From: Chloroflexota bacterium
Lineage (GTDB): Bacteria; Chloroflexota; UBA6077; CF-72
DNA length: 64,000 nt
Assembly (NCBI GenBank): GCA_019239775.1
Contig: JAFAZN010000363.1
Span: 197-64,196, forward strand
Direction: 5' to 3'
A program made the translations under genes and the position numbers. This document shows, in pieces, positions 48,731 to 57,915 of this stretch (the first letter of the stretch is position 1; the number at the start of each line of letters is the position of its first letter). A model generated the notes under the pieces. It searched no databases. It was not told the origin of the DNA and worked only from the letters and a program-made list of their open reading frames with translations.

Positions 48731-48770
48731 TGGTCTGACCAATTTTCGGCATCCGCTCAAGGGCTGTCAA
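48731..48770 (-). promoter_or_regulatory. OFOR operon promoter with FadR-subfamily operator
   Basis: TTGACA-17 nt-GAAAAT, immediately followed by the palindrome TGGTCAGACCA (48731-48741). Confidence 0.7.
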
Positions 48771-48804
48771 GCGACGTACCCTTGGAAGCTGGAGTCTGGT
48801 TTAG

Positions 48805-49581
48805 ATGGCCGAATACGAGTATGTGCTGTCGAGCATCGATGGTGCCGTCGGCATTGTGACGTTGAACCGACCAAAGCAGCTCAATGCGCTGGCGGGACCG
48901 ATGATGCGCGAGCTGGTGGATGCGCTCGAAGGACTCGATGCCAATCAGGATGTACGTGCGATCGTCATCACCGGCGGGCCAACCGTGTTTGCGGCGGGAG
49001 CGGACATCAAGGACATGTCCGACGCCACTCCGGTCGACATGTTGCTGCGCAACAACATCGGCCTGTGGGACCGACTAAAGAAGGTGAGCAAGCCGTTGAT
49101 CGCCGCCGTCGCGGGCTACGCATTGGGCGGTGGCTGCGAGCTGGCGATGCTTTGCGACATCATCGTCGCGGCCGAAAATGCGCGGTTTGGCCAACCCGAG
49201 ATCAACATCGGCTTGATGCCAGGCGCGGGCGGCACGCAGCGTTTGACGCGCTCGATCGGCAAGTTCCTGGCGGCGGACATGATCCTCACGGGGCGGATGC
49301 TGTCCGCTGAGGAGGCCCTTCAGCATGGACTCGCGGCGCGCGTGGTGCCGCACGAGCTGATCGTGGACGAGGCTGTGCGGCTGGGCAAACAGTTAGCGAA
49401 ACAGCCACCGGTGGCGCTGCGGCTCGCCAAGGAAGCGATCACGCGTGCCTTCGAAGGTCGTGTCGACGACGGCATCGAGTTCGAACGCAAGACGTTCTAT
49501 CTGCTGTTTGCAACCCAGGATGCGCACGAGGGCATGCAGGCGTTCATCGAGCGGCGCCAGCCGACCTACCAGGGTCGCTGA
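48805..49581 (+). CDS. Enoyl-CoA hydratase (PaaF-like)
   Basis: FAAGADI, GGGCELA, GQPEI..G..PGAGGTQRL; both catalytic Glu present. Confidence 0.92.
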   Translation: MAEYEYVLSSIDGAVGIVTLNRPKQLNALAGPMMRELVDALEGLDANQDVRAIVITGGPTVFAAGADIKDMSDATPVDMLLRNNIGLWDRLKKVSKPLIAAVAGYALGGGCELAMLCDIIVAAENARFGQPEINIGLMPGAGGTQRLTRSIGKFLAADMILTGRMLSAEEALQHGLAARVVPHELIVDEAVRLGKQLAKQPPVALRLAKEAITRAFEGRVDDGIEFERKTFYLLFATQDAHEGMQAFIERRQPTYQGR

Positions 49582-50351
49582 TGCCGATAGCGGTGCAGGG
49601 CCCTATCGAGGGCGTGCAGACCATCACGCTGAATCAGCCAGACAAGCTCAATGCGCTCTCGGCCGAGATGCTGCGCGAGCTCAGCCAGGCCGTTCGCGCG
49701 GCTGAACGCGACGATGCAGTTCGCGCCGTGGTGCTGACTGGGGCTGGAAGCGGCTTCTGCTCGGGCGCGGACATCAGCGAGTTCAGCACGGAACTGGAAG
49801 CGGGTGAGCACCTGCGTTCGACGTTCAATCCGCTGATCACGCGCTTGCACACTCTCGAGAAGCCGGTCCTCGCCGCGATAAACGGCGTTGCGGCTGGTGC
49901 TGGACTGAGCCTCGCGCTCGCGTGCGACCTGCGCTTTGCGGCTTCGTCGGCGCGTCTGGTCGTGGCGTTTATCCGTATCGGCCTGGTCCCTGACGCGGGT
50001 CTGACTTACTTCCTTCCGCGTCTCATCGGACCGGCGAAAACCCTGGAGCTCGCCTGGACCGGCGATCCGATTGGCGCGACCGAAGCCTACGAGTTGGGCT
50101 TGCTGAACAAGGTCGTGCCTGACGACCAGGTGGTCTCGCACGCGCAAGAGCTCGCGAGCCGCTTGGCCACTGCACCGCGAAAAGCCGTCGCACTCGTCAA
50201 ACGCGCGGTGAACCAGGCTCACGAGCTACCAATCGAGCGCGTGCTGGAGATGGAGGCCGCCTACCAGACCATTGCCTCGCGCGATGCCAACTTCGCCGAA
50301 GGCCTGGCCGCGTTTCGCGAAAAGCGCCCGCCGCGCTTCAACGATAAGTAA
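49581..50351 (+). CDS. Enoyl-CoA hydratase/isomerase (PaaG-like)
   Basis: FCSGAD, AAGAG.SLALACD, GLVPDAG. Confidence 0.88.
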   Translation: MPIAVQGPIEGVQTITLNQPDKLNALSAEMLRELSQAVRAAERDDAVRAVVLTGAGSGFCSGADISEFSTELEAGEHLRSTFNPLITRLHTLEKPVLAAINGVAAGAGLSLALACDLRFAASSARLVVAFIRIGLVPDAGLTYFLPRLIGPAKTLELAWTGDPIGATEAYELGLLNKVVPDDQVVSHAQELASRLATAPRKAVALVKRAVNQAHELPIERVLEMEAAYQTIASRDANFAEGLAAFREKRPPRFNDK

Positions 50352-50390
50352 CTTCAGGGGTCCAGGATCCCTCCTGGTTCTCGTTTACTG

Positions 50391-51101
50391 CTACTTGGCG
50401 GCTTCGGTTTCGAGCGCGCGCAGGATGCCGTCCCGCACGAGTGTGATGTGCTCGAGCGAGGCGTCGTACGCCGCCTGCGGATCGTGCGCCTTGATCGCGC
50501 TGAGGATCGCCTCGTGTCCGCGCAGGCTGAGCTGCGGCCGATCGGGCACATGCAGATAGCTCTGGCGTGACTCGCGCAGCAGGTCCAGGATGAGGTTGTG
50601 CAGCCGTAGCAGGATGTGGTTATCGGCGGCTTGCGCCAGCGTGTAGTGGAACGCGGTGTCCTCGTCCACAAACGGGCGGCCTTCCAGAATGCAGTGGCGC
50701 TGGCGTTCCAACAACGATTCGAGCTGCGCAATGTGCTCCGCACTTGCGCGCTGAGCCGCACCGCGCGCGATCCCTGGCTCGATCAGCTCGCGCACCTCGA
50801 GCACCTCTGCCAGCTCCTGCCGCCCGCGCAGAATCGCCGCCGCCAAGGGCGGTACCAGCGCCTCGGTATCAGCGGTGCGCACGAATGTGCCACCACCCTG
50901 ACGGCTGTCGATGACGCCTTGCATCTCTAGCGCGCGCAGGGCTTCGCGAACCGACGTACGTGATACACGGAAGCGTTCGGCAAGCTCGCGTTCGGGTGGG
51001 ATCTGGTCGCCTGGCGCCCAGCGACCTTCGCGAATCAGTGCGCGAATCTGCTCGACGATGCGCTCGTAGATCCGACTTCGCTTGACGGGTTCGATCAGCA
51101 C
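50391..51101 (-). CDS. GntR/FadR family transcriptional regulator
   Basis: PPERELA..F.VSRTSVREAL HTH; FCD domain (D..FH, H); start GTG 51101. Confidence 0.93.
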   Translation of the reverse strand: MLIEPVKRSRIYERIVEQIRALIREGRWAPGDQIPPERELAERFRVSRTSVREALRALEMQGVIDSRQGGGTFVRTADTEALVPPLAAAILRGRQELAEVLEVRELIEPGIARGAAQRASAEHIAQLESLLERQRHCILEGRPFVDEDTAFHYTLAQAADNHILLRLHNLILDLLRESRQSYLHVPDRPQLSLRGHEAILSAIKAHDPQAAYDASLEHITLVRDGILRALETEAAK

Positions 51102-51210
51102 GTCAGCCGAAGTATCTTGCGCTGTCAAAGCCTGGTGTTGCCTCGAGTGCCTGCCCGGAAATCGGCACAAGCATAACGCAGCCACGGTAGACTGCCCGAG
51201 CTAGCCGACC

Positions 51211-51822
51211 ATGGGATTCAACTTCTTGCGGCGTCAGTTGAATGAGCGCGAACGCGCCGTCGCGGAGCGTCTTCCGCCAGGTCAGTACCTCACCGAGAAG
51301 TGGCCCGTATTGCACTACGGGAGTGTGCCGAAGGTGGATCTCGCGACCTGGACATTCACGCTGGACGGTCTCGTCGTCGAGCCGCGCACGCTGACCTACG
51401 ACCACGTGAAAGCGCTGCCCCGCAAAACGGTGGCATCGGACGTCCACTGCGTAACGCGGTGGTCCCTCTTAGACAGCACCTGGGAGGGCGTGCCTGTTTC
51501 AGAAGTGATGAAGCTGGTTGAGCTCAAGCCCGAGGCAACCCACGTGATGGTGCACGGTGAACATGGCTACACCACCAACCTGAGCCTCGACGACTTCTTG
51601 CGGGACGAAAACATGCTCGTCGATACACGCAACGGTGAGCCGATTCCGGCCGAGCACGGTTGGCCGCTGCGGCTATTCGTGCCGCACCTGTACTTCTGGA
51701 AAAGCGCCAAGTGGGTTCGCGGCTTCGAGTTCATGGCGGGCGACCGCCCGGGCTTCTGGGAGCAGTACGGCTACCACATGCGCGGCGACCCCTGGGCCGA
51801 GGAGCGCTACGGCTGGCAATAG
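51211..51822 (+). CDS. Sulfite oxidase-like molybdopterin oxidoreductase (YuiH type)
   Basis: [36 protein letters not shown]. Confidence 0.9.
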   Translation: MGFNFLRRQLNERERAVAERLPPGQYLTEKWPVLHYGSVPKVDLATWTFTLDGLVVEPRTLTYDHVKALPRKTVASDVHCVTRWSLLDSTWEGVPVSEVMKLVELKPEATHVMVHGEHGYTTNLSLDDFLRDENMLVDTRNGEPIPAEHGWPLRLFVPHLYFWKSAKWVRGFEFMAGDRPGFWEQYGYHMRGDPWAEERYGWQ

Positions 51823-51831
51823 GCCCAGGGG

Positions 51832-51890
51832 TATACTGCCCCATTCCTTTCTGCCCCCAGTTCGCGGGGCTACGAAGCCATAGGAAGGGA
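51832..51890 (+). promoter_or_regulatory. rpsF promoter and S6:S18-type leader RNA, copy 1
   Basis: TATACT; stem CCTTTCT/AGGAAGG covering the SD; inner stem GCCCC/GGGGC; unpaired CCA. Confidence 0.65.
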
Positions 51891-51897
51891 CTTCCAA

Positions 51898-52233
51898 TTG
51901 CGCGACTATGAGTTAATGGTCGTACTCGACCCGAATCTAGACGACACCGCTATCGAGGCGCTGAACACGCGTATCCAGAACATGGTCACCCAACGCGGGG
52001 GCACCCTCGAAAAGGTGGACAACTGGGGACGCCGGCGCCTGGCCTACCCCATTGGCCGATTTCGCGATGGCGTGTACATTCTGAGCCGATTTCAACTACC
52101 GCCTAACGCGGCGGCCGAAATTGAGCGCGCTTTGAAATTGACCGAGAGCGTGATTCGACACCTACTCGTGCGCGCCGAAGGGTTGCCGACTGCCGCCACG
52201 GCGGTGGCCACCGCGACGGCCGCTCGCGAATAG
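51898..52233 (+). CDS. rpsF: 30S ribosomal protein S6
   Basis: [16 protein letters not shown]; TTG start. Confidence 0.97.
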   Translation: MRDYELMVVLDPNLDDTAIEALNTRIQNMVTQRGGTLEKVDNWGRRRLAYPIGRFRDGVYILSRFQLPPNAAAEIERALKLTESVIRHLLVRAEGLPTAATAVATATAARE

Positions 52234-52269
52234 CGAATACAAAATCAGTCAGGGAGGCCCGGAAGCGTC

Positions 52270-52719
52270 ATGGCCGGTCTGTGCAAGGTGATCGTCATTG
52301 GCAATCTGGGTCGCGATCCCGAGAAGCGGTACACGCAGGACGGTCGGCCGGTCACGCGCTTCAGTGTGGCGGCCACAACACGACGTCGCGAGCGCGATGG
52401 TGAATGGGCGGATCACACCGAATGGTTCAGTGTGACGGTGTTTGGCCGTCAGGCTGAAACACTCGCCGAGCGCGTCACCAAAGGCACACGTATTTATGTT
52501 GAGGGTCGCCTCGAGTCGCGTCAGTACGAGACCCAGACCGGACAAAAGGGGTTTTCACTAGACGTCGTGGCAAACGAAGTGATCCCGCTCGACACACGCC
52601 AACGTGACGGTGACTTCTCCAGTGCGGGCGAGTTCGAAGCGGCTGCTCCAGCACCGACCTTCGCCTCACGTGGCGCGCCGAAGGAGGAAGCGGCCGACCT
52701 GGAGGACCTGCCGTTCTAG
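52270..52719 (+). CDS. ssb: Single-stranded DNA-binding protein
   Basis: IGNLGRDPE, VEGRL, C-terminal EDLPF. Confidence 0.97.
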   Translation: MAGLCKVIVIGNLGRDPEKRYTQDGRPVTRFSVAATTRRRERDGEWADHTEWFSVTVFGRQAETLAERVTKGTRIYVEGRLESRQYETQTGQKGFSLDVVANEVIPLDTRQRDGDFSSAGEFEAAAPAPTFASRGAPKEEAADLEDLPF

Positions 52720-52728
52720 TTCCAACGG

Positions 52729-52788
52729 TATACTCTGCCGACCTTTCTGCTCCTGTCTCTGACCTGGAGCTGCAACCCAGAGAAAGGA
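52729..52788 (+). promoter_or_regulatory. rpsR promoter and S6:S18-type leader RNA, copy 2
   Basis: TATACT; stem CCTTTCT/AGAAAGG; inner stem GCTCC/GGAGC; unpaired CCA. Confidence 0.65.
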
Positions 52789-52801
52789 CCTGCTCAACCT
52801 T

Positions 52802-53359
52802 ATGGTGATGACCACTCCAGCGGCGCCTGCGACAACTGGTGCGCCGAGCACATCCGGCCTTCGTTCGGGGTCTGGGCCAGCGCGCCGCCGCCCTGGCGAG
52901 TTCAGCGGCGGTGGCCGCAAGTTCACTCCGCGTCGCAAGGTCTGCCAGTTTTGCGTCGACAAGATCAAAGAGGTGGACTACAAGGACCTTGGCCGCCTGC
53001 GCCGATTCTTGTCAGAACGCGGCAAGATCGAGCCGCGACGCAAGACAGGCACATGCGCTGCCCACCAACGCTCGCTGAACGTCGCGCTGAAGCGTGCGCG
53101 CCAACTCGCTCTGCTGCCCTTCACAGCCGAACACATCCGTGTAACAGGCGTGGTGGTCCGCGAGCCTGGCACGCCGCCATTCCGCGGTGCCCGGCCACGG
53201 CCGCCTGAGATCGACGGCGCCGAGCCGACAACGGACGGCACAGCTGAAGCCAGCGACGCCACGGCGCCAGCTAGTGCTGCTATTCCTGCACCGGAGCCAG
53301 CGCCTGAGTCGCCTGAACCCGCCCCCGTCGCCGTAGCCGAGGAAACAGCCACTACCTAG
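52802..53359 (+). CDS. rpsR: 30S ribosomal protein S18 (Zn-type) with low-complexity extensions
   Basis: [36 protein letters not shown]. Confidence 0.96.
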   Translation: MVMTTPAAPATTGAPSTSGLRSGSGPARRRPGEFSGGGRKFTPRRKVCQFCVDKIKEVDYKDLGRLRRFLSERGKIEPRRKTGTCAAHQRSLNVALKRARQLALLPFTAEHIRVTGVVVREPGTPPFRGARPRPPEIDGAEPTTDGTAEASDATAPASAAIPAPEPAPESPEPAPVAVAEETATT

Positions 53360-53361
53360 TC

Positions 53362-54636
53362 GTGTTTCCTGATCCACCGACGGTTCGCAACAGCCCGCCG
53401 TCGAGCACACGGCGGGTGCGCGGCGCCCGTGAGAGCAAGAGCGCCACGGTGCGCGCCGCGGCCGCTGCTCCGAGCCGGCGACAACAATCGCGATGGCGGC
53501 GCGAGCAGCACCAGCAGCGCCTGCTTTACATCGCCGTCGCGGCGCTGGTGGTGGTCGTGGCGCTGATCTTCGCCGGCGGTCTGCTCTACGACAACGTGTA
53601 CCGCGCGAACCAGGTTGTGGCGCAGGTGGGGCCCGACTCGATTACTGCCACGCAGTTGCTCGATGAGATTCGGCCACAGTCGCAGGCGCTGGATGCCCAG
53701 GCGAAGCAATTTGGTGGAGCGTCCGATCAGCAGGTCTCCGACTATCTCACTCAGCAGAAGCGCAGCATGCCAGACCAGGTGCTCAACGACCTGATCGACG
53801 TGCACCTCATTCAGCAGGAGGCCGCTCGCCGCGGAATCAGCGTGACGCCGGCCGAGGTAGACGACAAGGAACGTGAGACCGTCGCGCAGTTTCAGGCTTC
53901 CCAAAATCCCGCGCCCACCGAGGAGCCAACCGCGACGCCTGAGGCAAGCCCCACCAGCGAAGGCGGCGCTGCTTTGACGTCGTTGACCCCGGCCGTCCCC
54001 ACCGCGGTGCCGACGGTCGCACCCGCGACGACACCGACGCCTGTGCCGACGCTCGAGGAATCAGCCTACGGTTCCGCGGTCCAGCAATTCCTCGACAAGA
54101 ACAGCCTCAGCGAAGCCGATCTGCGCACGCAGCTCGAGCGCAGTTTATTGCAGGACAAGGTGCAGGCCGCGGTGGGTCAGGATCAGGTCCCCGATACGCA
54201 GCCGCAGGTGCACGCGCGGCAGATTGTCGTCGCCACCTCTGACCAGGCCAACGATCTGCTCGGACAGTTGCAGAATGGCGCCGACTTCGCGGCACTAGCT
54301 TCGGCGAACTCGACCGATACGGCCACCAAGGCCAATGGCGGCGACATGGGCTGGTTTGCAAAAGGCATGCAGTCGTCCAAACCGATCGAGGACGCCGCCT
54401 TCAGCTTGCAGCCAGGCCAGTTGAGCAGCGTGATCCAGGACTCGGCCGGCTACCACATTGTCCAGGTGATCGAGACGGACCCCGCCCGCGCGGTGCCAGC
54501 CGACCAGCTCACGAGCCTGCGCCAGAAAGCATTCAGCGACTGGCTCACCGGCCAACGCAGTAGCCAGAACGTGAAGATCTCGTTGGATCAGTCAGAAAAG
54601 GACTGGATCCTGGGACGACTCGGCGTCCGCCCCTAG
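53362..54636 (+). CDS. PrsA/SurA-like parvulin peptidyl-prolyl isomerase
   Basis: TM anchor, SurA-N region, HARQI, GGDMGWF, GYHIV. Confidence 0.88.
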   Translation: MFPDPPTVRNSPPSSTRRVRGARESKSATVRAAAAAPSRRQQSRWRREQHQQRLLYIAVAALVVVVALIFAGGLLYDNVYRANQVVAQVGPDSITATQLLDEIRPQSQALDAQAKQFGGASDQQVSDYLTQQKRSMPDQVLNDLIDVHLIQQEAARRGISVTPAEVDDKERETVAQFQASQNPAPTEEPTATPEASPTSEGGAALTSLTPAVPTAVPTVAPATTPTPVPTLEESAYGSAVQQFLDKNSLSEADLRTQLERSLLQDKVQAAVGQDQVPDTQPQVHARQIVVATSDQANDLLGQLQNGADFAALASANSTDTATKANGGDMGWFAKGMQSSKPIEDAAFSLQPGQLSSVIQDSAGYHIVQVIETDPARAVPADQLTSLRQKAFSDWLTGQRSSQNVKISLDQSEKDWILGRLGVRP

Positions 54637-54689
54637 AAGTTCGGCCGACAAGCCCCTTTGCTTCCCGAGCCGCAGTCGGCTGAACTTCT
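54635..54689. repeat. 15-bp inverted repeat between convergent genes
   Basis: AGAAGTTCGGCCGAC (54635-54649) pairs with GTCGGCTGAACTTCT (54675-54689), with one G-U wobble. Confidence 0.6.
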
Positions 54690-54757
54690 GTGACAGATTT
54701 GCGCGAGGAACGCGGCAAGCCACACCGGACCTTGTCAGCGGGCGGTCGGCCGCGTTC

Positions 54758-55126
54758 CTAGCGCCAGTGGATGAGCACCATCCCCAGCATCTGGCTGAGG
54801 AGGCACAGCACGATCAGCACGGCGAGGACCGCGGCGAGTCGGCTCGGGCGCGTGGGAATGGGTTCGTGCGCCAGCGGCCGGCGCTGGCGTGCCACGCGCG
54901 GCGCATCAACTCCGCCTTCAAGCAGGCGTAACTGCGGAAGCTCCTCGCGATCCAGCGTTCTGTCCCGCGGATCGCTGCAGGATCGCGATAGCACGTAGGG
55001 AAGCAGCTCGTCCCCATCGGCCAGCAGCGCGCTCAGCCGCGCCTGGCGAACCTTGACCGCCAACGGCTGGCGTTGGGCTGCCAGCAGCGTGGCACGAAGT
55101 GCTGCGAGCTCCTCGTTTTCCATCAC
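54758..55126 (-). CDS. Hypothetical protein with C-terminal TM
   Basis: 122-aa ORF with an upstream TACACT box and a C-terminal hydrophobic helix. Confidence 0.55.
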   Translation of the reverse strand: MMENEELAALRATLLAAQRQPLAVKVRQARLSALLADGDELLPYVLSRSCSDPRDRTLDREELPQLRLLEGGVDAPRVARQRRPLAHEPIPTRPSRLAAVLAVLIVLCLLSQMLGMVLIHWR

Positions 55127-55207
55127 ACAACCCGCCGCTCTTGAGTGTAGGCAATGACTCAGACTGCTTCAAAGAGGTCACAGGCATTCCGGCTACACTC
55201 AGCAGCC

Positions 55208-55693
55208 ATGACGGCCGAGGAACTCATCGCCCGGGTGGAGCGCACAGTCGAAAAGCTCCTGGACGAGGTGGAAACACTCCCGCGAGACGTGCTGTATCGC
55301 GAGCCGAGCCAGGGGGAATGGCCAGTGATGAGCACGCTCGCGCATCTCGCCGAGCTACTGCCGTTCTGGGCGCATGAGGCAGCCGACCTGGCGGCATCAC
55401 CAGGCAAGCAAGTTGGTCGCACCCATGAAGACCCCGACCGCCTGGGTGCTATTGAGCAACACCGGAACGATTCGCTTGGTGCCACGGTGCCACGCATCCG
55501 CACCGCACTGAACCAGTGCGTTGCCACGTTGCGCGCCATTCCCGAGGAAGGATGGCGCGCAGCGGGCCCGCACGTACGTGGCGGCCAGGTCACAGCCGCT
55601 GAACTGGTCGAGCGTTTCGTGGTGCGTCACGCCGAAGACCACGCGTCGCAGATCCATGCAACGCTCGAGGTGCTCAGGACGGCGAAGACCTAA
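55208..55693 (+). CDS. DinB family protein
   Basis: W....LAHL and RH..DH..QI metal-binding His pattern; ATG 55208. Confidence 0.82.
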   Translation: MTAEELIARVERTVEKLLDEVETLPRDVLYREPSQGEWPVMSTLAHLAELLPFWAHEAADLAASPGKQVGRTHEDPDRLGAIEQHRNDSLGATVPRIRTALNQCVATLRAIPEEGWRAAGPHVRGGQVTAAELVERFVVRHAEDHASQIHATLEVLRTAKT

Positions 55694-56169
55694 TCGTGCC
55701 AGGTCCCGTAGGTACGCCTGAAGTACATCAGCGGGTGGGTTCCAGGGGCGGGTGGCGAACCGTCCGTGACCTCGGCGAGGAAGATCAGGTGATCGCCCGC
55801 GTCGAGCTCCTGTGAGATGTTGCACACGGCATGTGCGATGGTGTCGGTATGCAGCCAGGGCATACCGTTGCTGGCGGGGCGCCAGGATACATTCTGAAAC
55901 TTGTCTGGCTCTTTCGACGCGAACATATTTGCGAGGTCGCCCCGACCCGCTGACAGATAGTTGACGACGAACTTCTTTGAGTGACGCAGCGCGGGCAGCG
56001 TGTTGCTGTTCTTGTCGACGCAGACCAGCATCAGCGGCGGTGTGGCCGAGACGCTGCAGAGCGCGTTGGACGTCAGCCCCCGCGGCTCGTTCTGCTCGTC
56101 CATGGCAGTGACAATGCCGACACCCGTCGGAAATGCGCCCATGATGGCAAAGAAGGTCGCACGATCCAT
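55690..56169 (-). CDS. Flavin reductase family protein
   Basis: FPTGV.IVT, SVS..PPL, AGDH. Confidence 0.92.
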   Translation of the reverse strand: MDRATFFAIMGAFPTGVGIVTAMDEQNEPRGLTSNALCSVSATPPLMLVCVDKNSNTLPALRHSKKFVVNYLSAGRGDLANMFASKEPDKFQNVSWRPASNGMPWLHTDTIAHAVCNISQELDAGDHLIFLAEVTDGSPPAPGTHPLMYFRRTYGTWHD

Positions 56170-56195
56170 CCGGCTTGATCAGCCTCCTGTAGTAC

Positions 56196-57512
56196 TTGGC
56201 TGAAACGGTAACACGCTCTAACGAGATCCTGGGCGCGCGAGAGCGGCTCGAGTTCGAGACGCTCCTGCAGTGGCTGCGGCTGAGCTTCCTGTTGACACCG
56301 CTTCTGGTGCTTGCGTCGTCGGGACCGTCCGCCGCAGGTTACGCAGCATCGATTGCCGTGGCCGTCGCAGCGTCGTTTGCGTGGGTGGCCCTGCTGCTGC
56401 GATTCAGGCCCCGACTTTTGCTGCGCATCCAGCTGTTTCTGCGCGCACTGGACTGCCTGCTGGTCTACATGATCCTTGTCAGCTACCACGCCTTTCTGCA
56501 CGACGCGTACTACGACTCGGTGTATTTGCTGTTCGTCGTGGCAGCCGCGGCGACGCATGGTCGGCGCGGCGCCTGGACGTTGTCGGCGTTTGCCGGCCTC
56601 GCCGTGCTCGTAAGTCGGCTGCAGCTGATCGCGACCAACGCGATCGTTTATGCGCCGCGCCACCTCACCGACGCGGCCTTTTACACGCTGCTCTTTCTGA
56701 TCACCTCGAGCGCGGTGGCCTTTTTGATGACGCGCACAGCAGAGGTGGTCGCGCAGCGTGAGCGCGCGCTGAGCGCGCAAATCGCCTCTCGCAACGTGGA
56801 GCTCGAACGAACCGCGCAGGAGCTGGCGCGATCCGTCCAGCTGCGCGACGGCATGCTCGCTGGCGTTACGCACGACCTGCGCACGCCGGTGACGGTGATC
56901 AAACTGCAGGCGCAGATGTTGCGGCGCAGAGTGGACGAGCGACTGGCGGGGAGCGTCGACCAGATCGATCGCGCCGCGACACGTATGGCGCGCTGGATCG
57001 ATGAGCTGCTCGAAGTTGCCACCGTCCGGACGCCGGACGACCTCGAGCTGACGGTCAAACACGCGGACCTCGTGGCCGTGCTGCGCGACGTCGTCGACGA
57101 GCAGCAGCAGAGCACCCATCGGCATAGCTTCCAATTCGACGTAGCACCCGAATCGATCACTGGTGTCTTTGACGTGCCGCGGCTGGAGCGGGTACTCCAC
57201 AACCTGGTCGGCAACGCGATCAAATACAGCCCGCGCGGCGGCTGCATTTCGGTCTCGGTGCACCAGAATGACGGCTGGGCCTCAATTCAGGTCCGCGATC
57301 CCGGCGTGGGCATTCCCGCCGAGGACCTCCCGCACATTTTCGAGCCATTCCGACGGGGCACGAACGTGGTCGGCCACATCAGTGGCACGGGGATCGGCCT
57401 GGCCAATGCACAGCGGATCGTCCAGCGCCATGGCGGCACCCTCTCGGCCGAGAGCGTGGCCGGCAGGGGCAGCACGTTCACGGTCCGCATCCCGCTAGAA
57501 CCCCCCACCTAG
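56196..57512 (+). CDS. Membrane sensor histidine kinase (no adjacent response regulator)
   Basis: THDLRTP H-box, NAIKY, D.GVGI, GTGIGL, GSTF. Confidence 0.93.
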   Translation: MAETVTRSNEILGARERLEFETLLQWLRLSFLLTPLLVLASSGPSAAGYAASIAVAVAASFAWVALLLRFRPRLLLRIQLFLRALDCLLVYMILVSYHAFLHDAYYDSVYLLFVVAAAATHGRRGAWTLSAFAGLAVLVSRLQLIATNAIVYAPRHLTDAAFYTLLFLITSSAVAFLMTRTAEVVAQRERALSAQIASRNVELERTAQELARSVQLRDGMLAGVTHDLRTPVTVIKLQAQMLRRRVDERLAGSVDQIDRAATRMARWIDELLEVATVRTPDDLELTVKHADLVAVLRDVVDEQQQSTHRHSFQFDVAPESITGVFDVPRLERVLHNLVGNAIKYSPRGGCISVSVHQNDGWASIQVRDPGVGIPAEDLPHIFEPFRRGTNVVGHISGTGIGLANAQRIVQRHGGTLSAESVAGRGSTFTVRIPLEPPT

Positions 57513-57583
57513 GGGACCCTAAATCGCCCCTAGAAGGCCGGGTCCTTTGAGGGCCGACGTGCGTATTTCCTCAGAGGCAACCC

Positions 57584-57754
57584 ATGCAGGTGGATCGAAC
57601 GCATCATGATCGAGGGCAGGGGCTCGTGGAGTTCGGGCTGTTGCTCGCGCTGGTCGCCGTGGTGGCGATCTTCGGATTGCTGATATTCGGAAACACCGTG
57701 AGCTCCATGATGTCGACGCTGTCACACACGGTTTCAGCCAACATCGCACCCTAG
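57584..57754 (+). CDS. Flp family type IVb pilin
   Basis: MQVDRTHHDRG-QGLVEFGLLLALVAVVAI...; 56 aa, too short for the ORF track. Confidence 0.85.
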   Translation: MQVDRTHHDRGQGLVEFGLLLALVAVVAIFGLLIFGNTVSSMMSTLSHTVSANIAP

Positions 57755-57777
57755 CAGCTCGTCCAGCAAACATTTCG

Positions 57778-57812
57778 GGCCCGCATTGTCTTCGGACGGT
57801 GCGGGCCTTTCT
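57778..57812 (+). terminator. Intrinsic terminator of flp copy 1
   Basis: GGCCCGCATTGTC-TTCG-GACGGTGCGGGCC-TTTCT. Confidence 0.8.
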
Positions 57813-57855
57813 GTGTCCTGTTGCAACCGGCCGCGGAGAACTGCGGTTTAAATGC

Positions 57856-57891
57856 AAAAGCGCCCGCACCGTCCGAAGACGATACGGGCGC
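57856..57891 (-). terminator. Intrinsic terminator of flp copy 2
   Basis: Minus strand GCGCCCGTATCGTC-TTCG-GACGGTGCGGGCGC-TTTT. Confidence 0.8.
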
Positions 57892-57915
57892 CTATAGCTC
57901 GTTAGTCGACCGGTC

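Noticed and set aside
47406-49310. 634-aa plus-strand ORF
   Set aside because: Shadow frame over the OFOR gamma-delta gene and the crotonase, with no recognisable motifs; long shadow ORFs are expected at high GC.
48805-50351. A complete phenylacetate (paa) pathway
   Set aside because: Only PaaF/PaaG-like crotonases are present, with no paaABCDE, paaK or paaZ in the window, so gene symbols were withheld.
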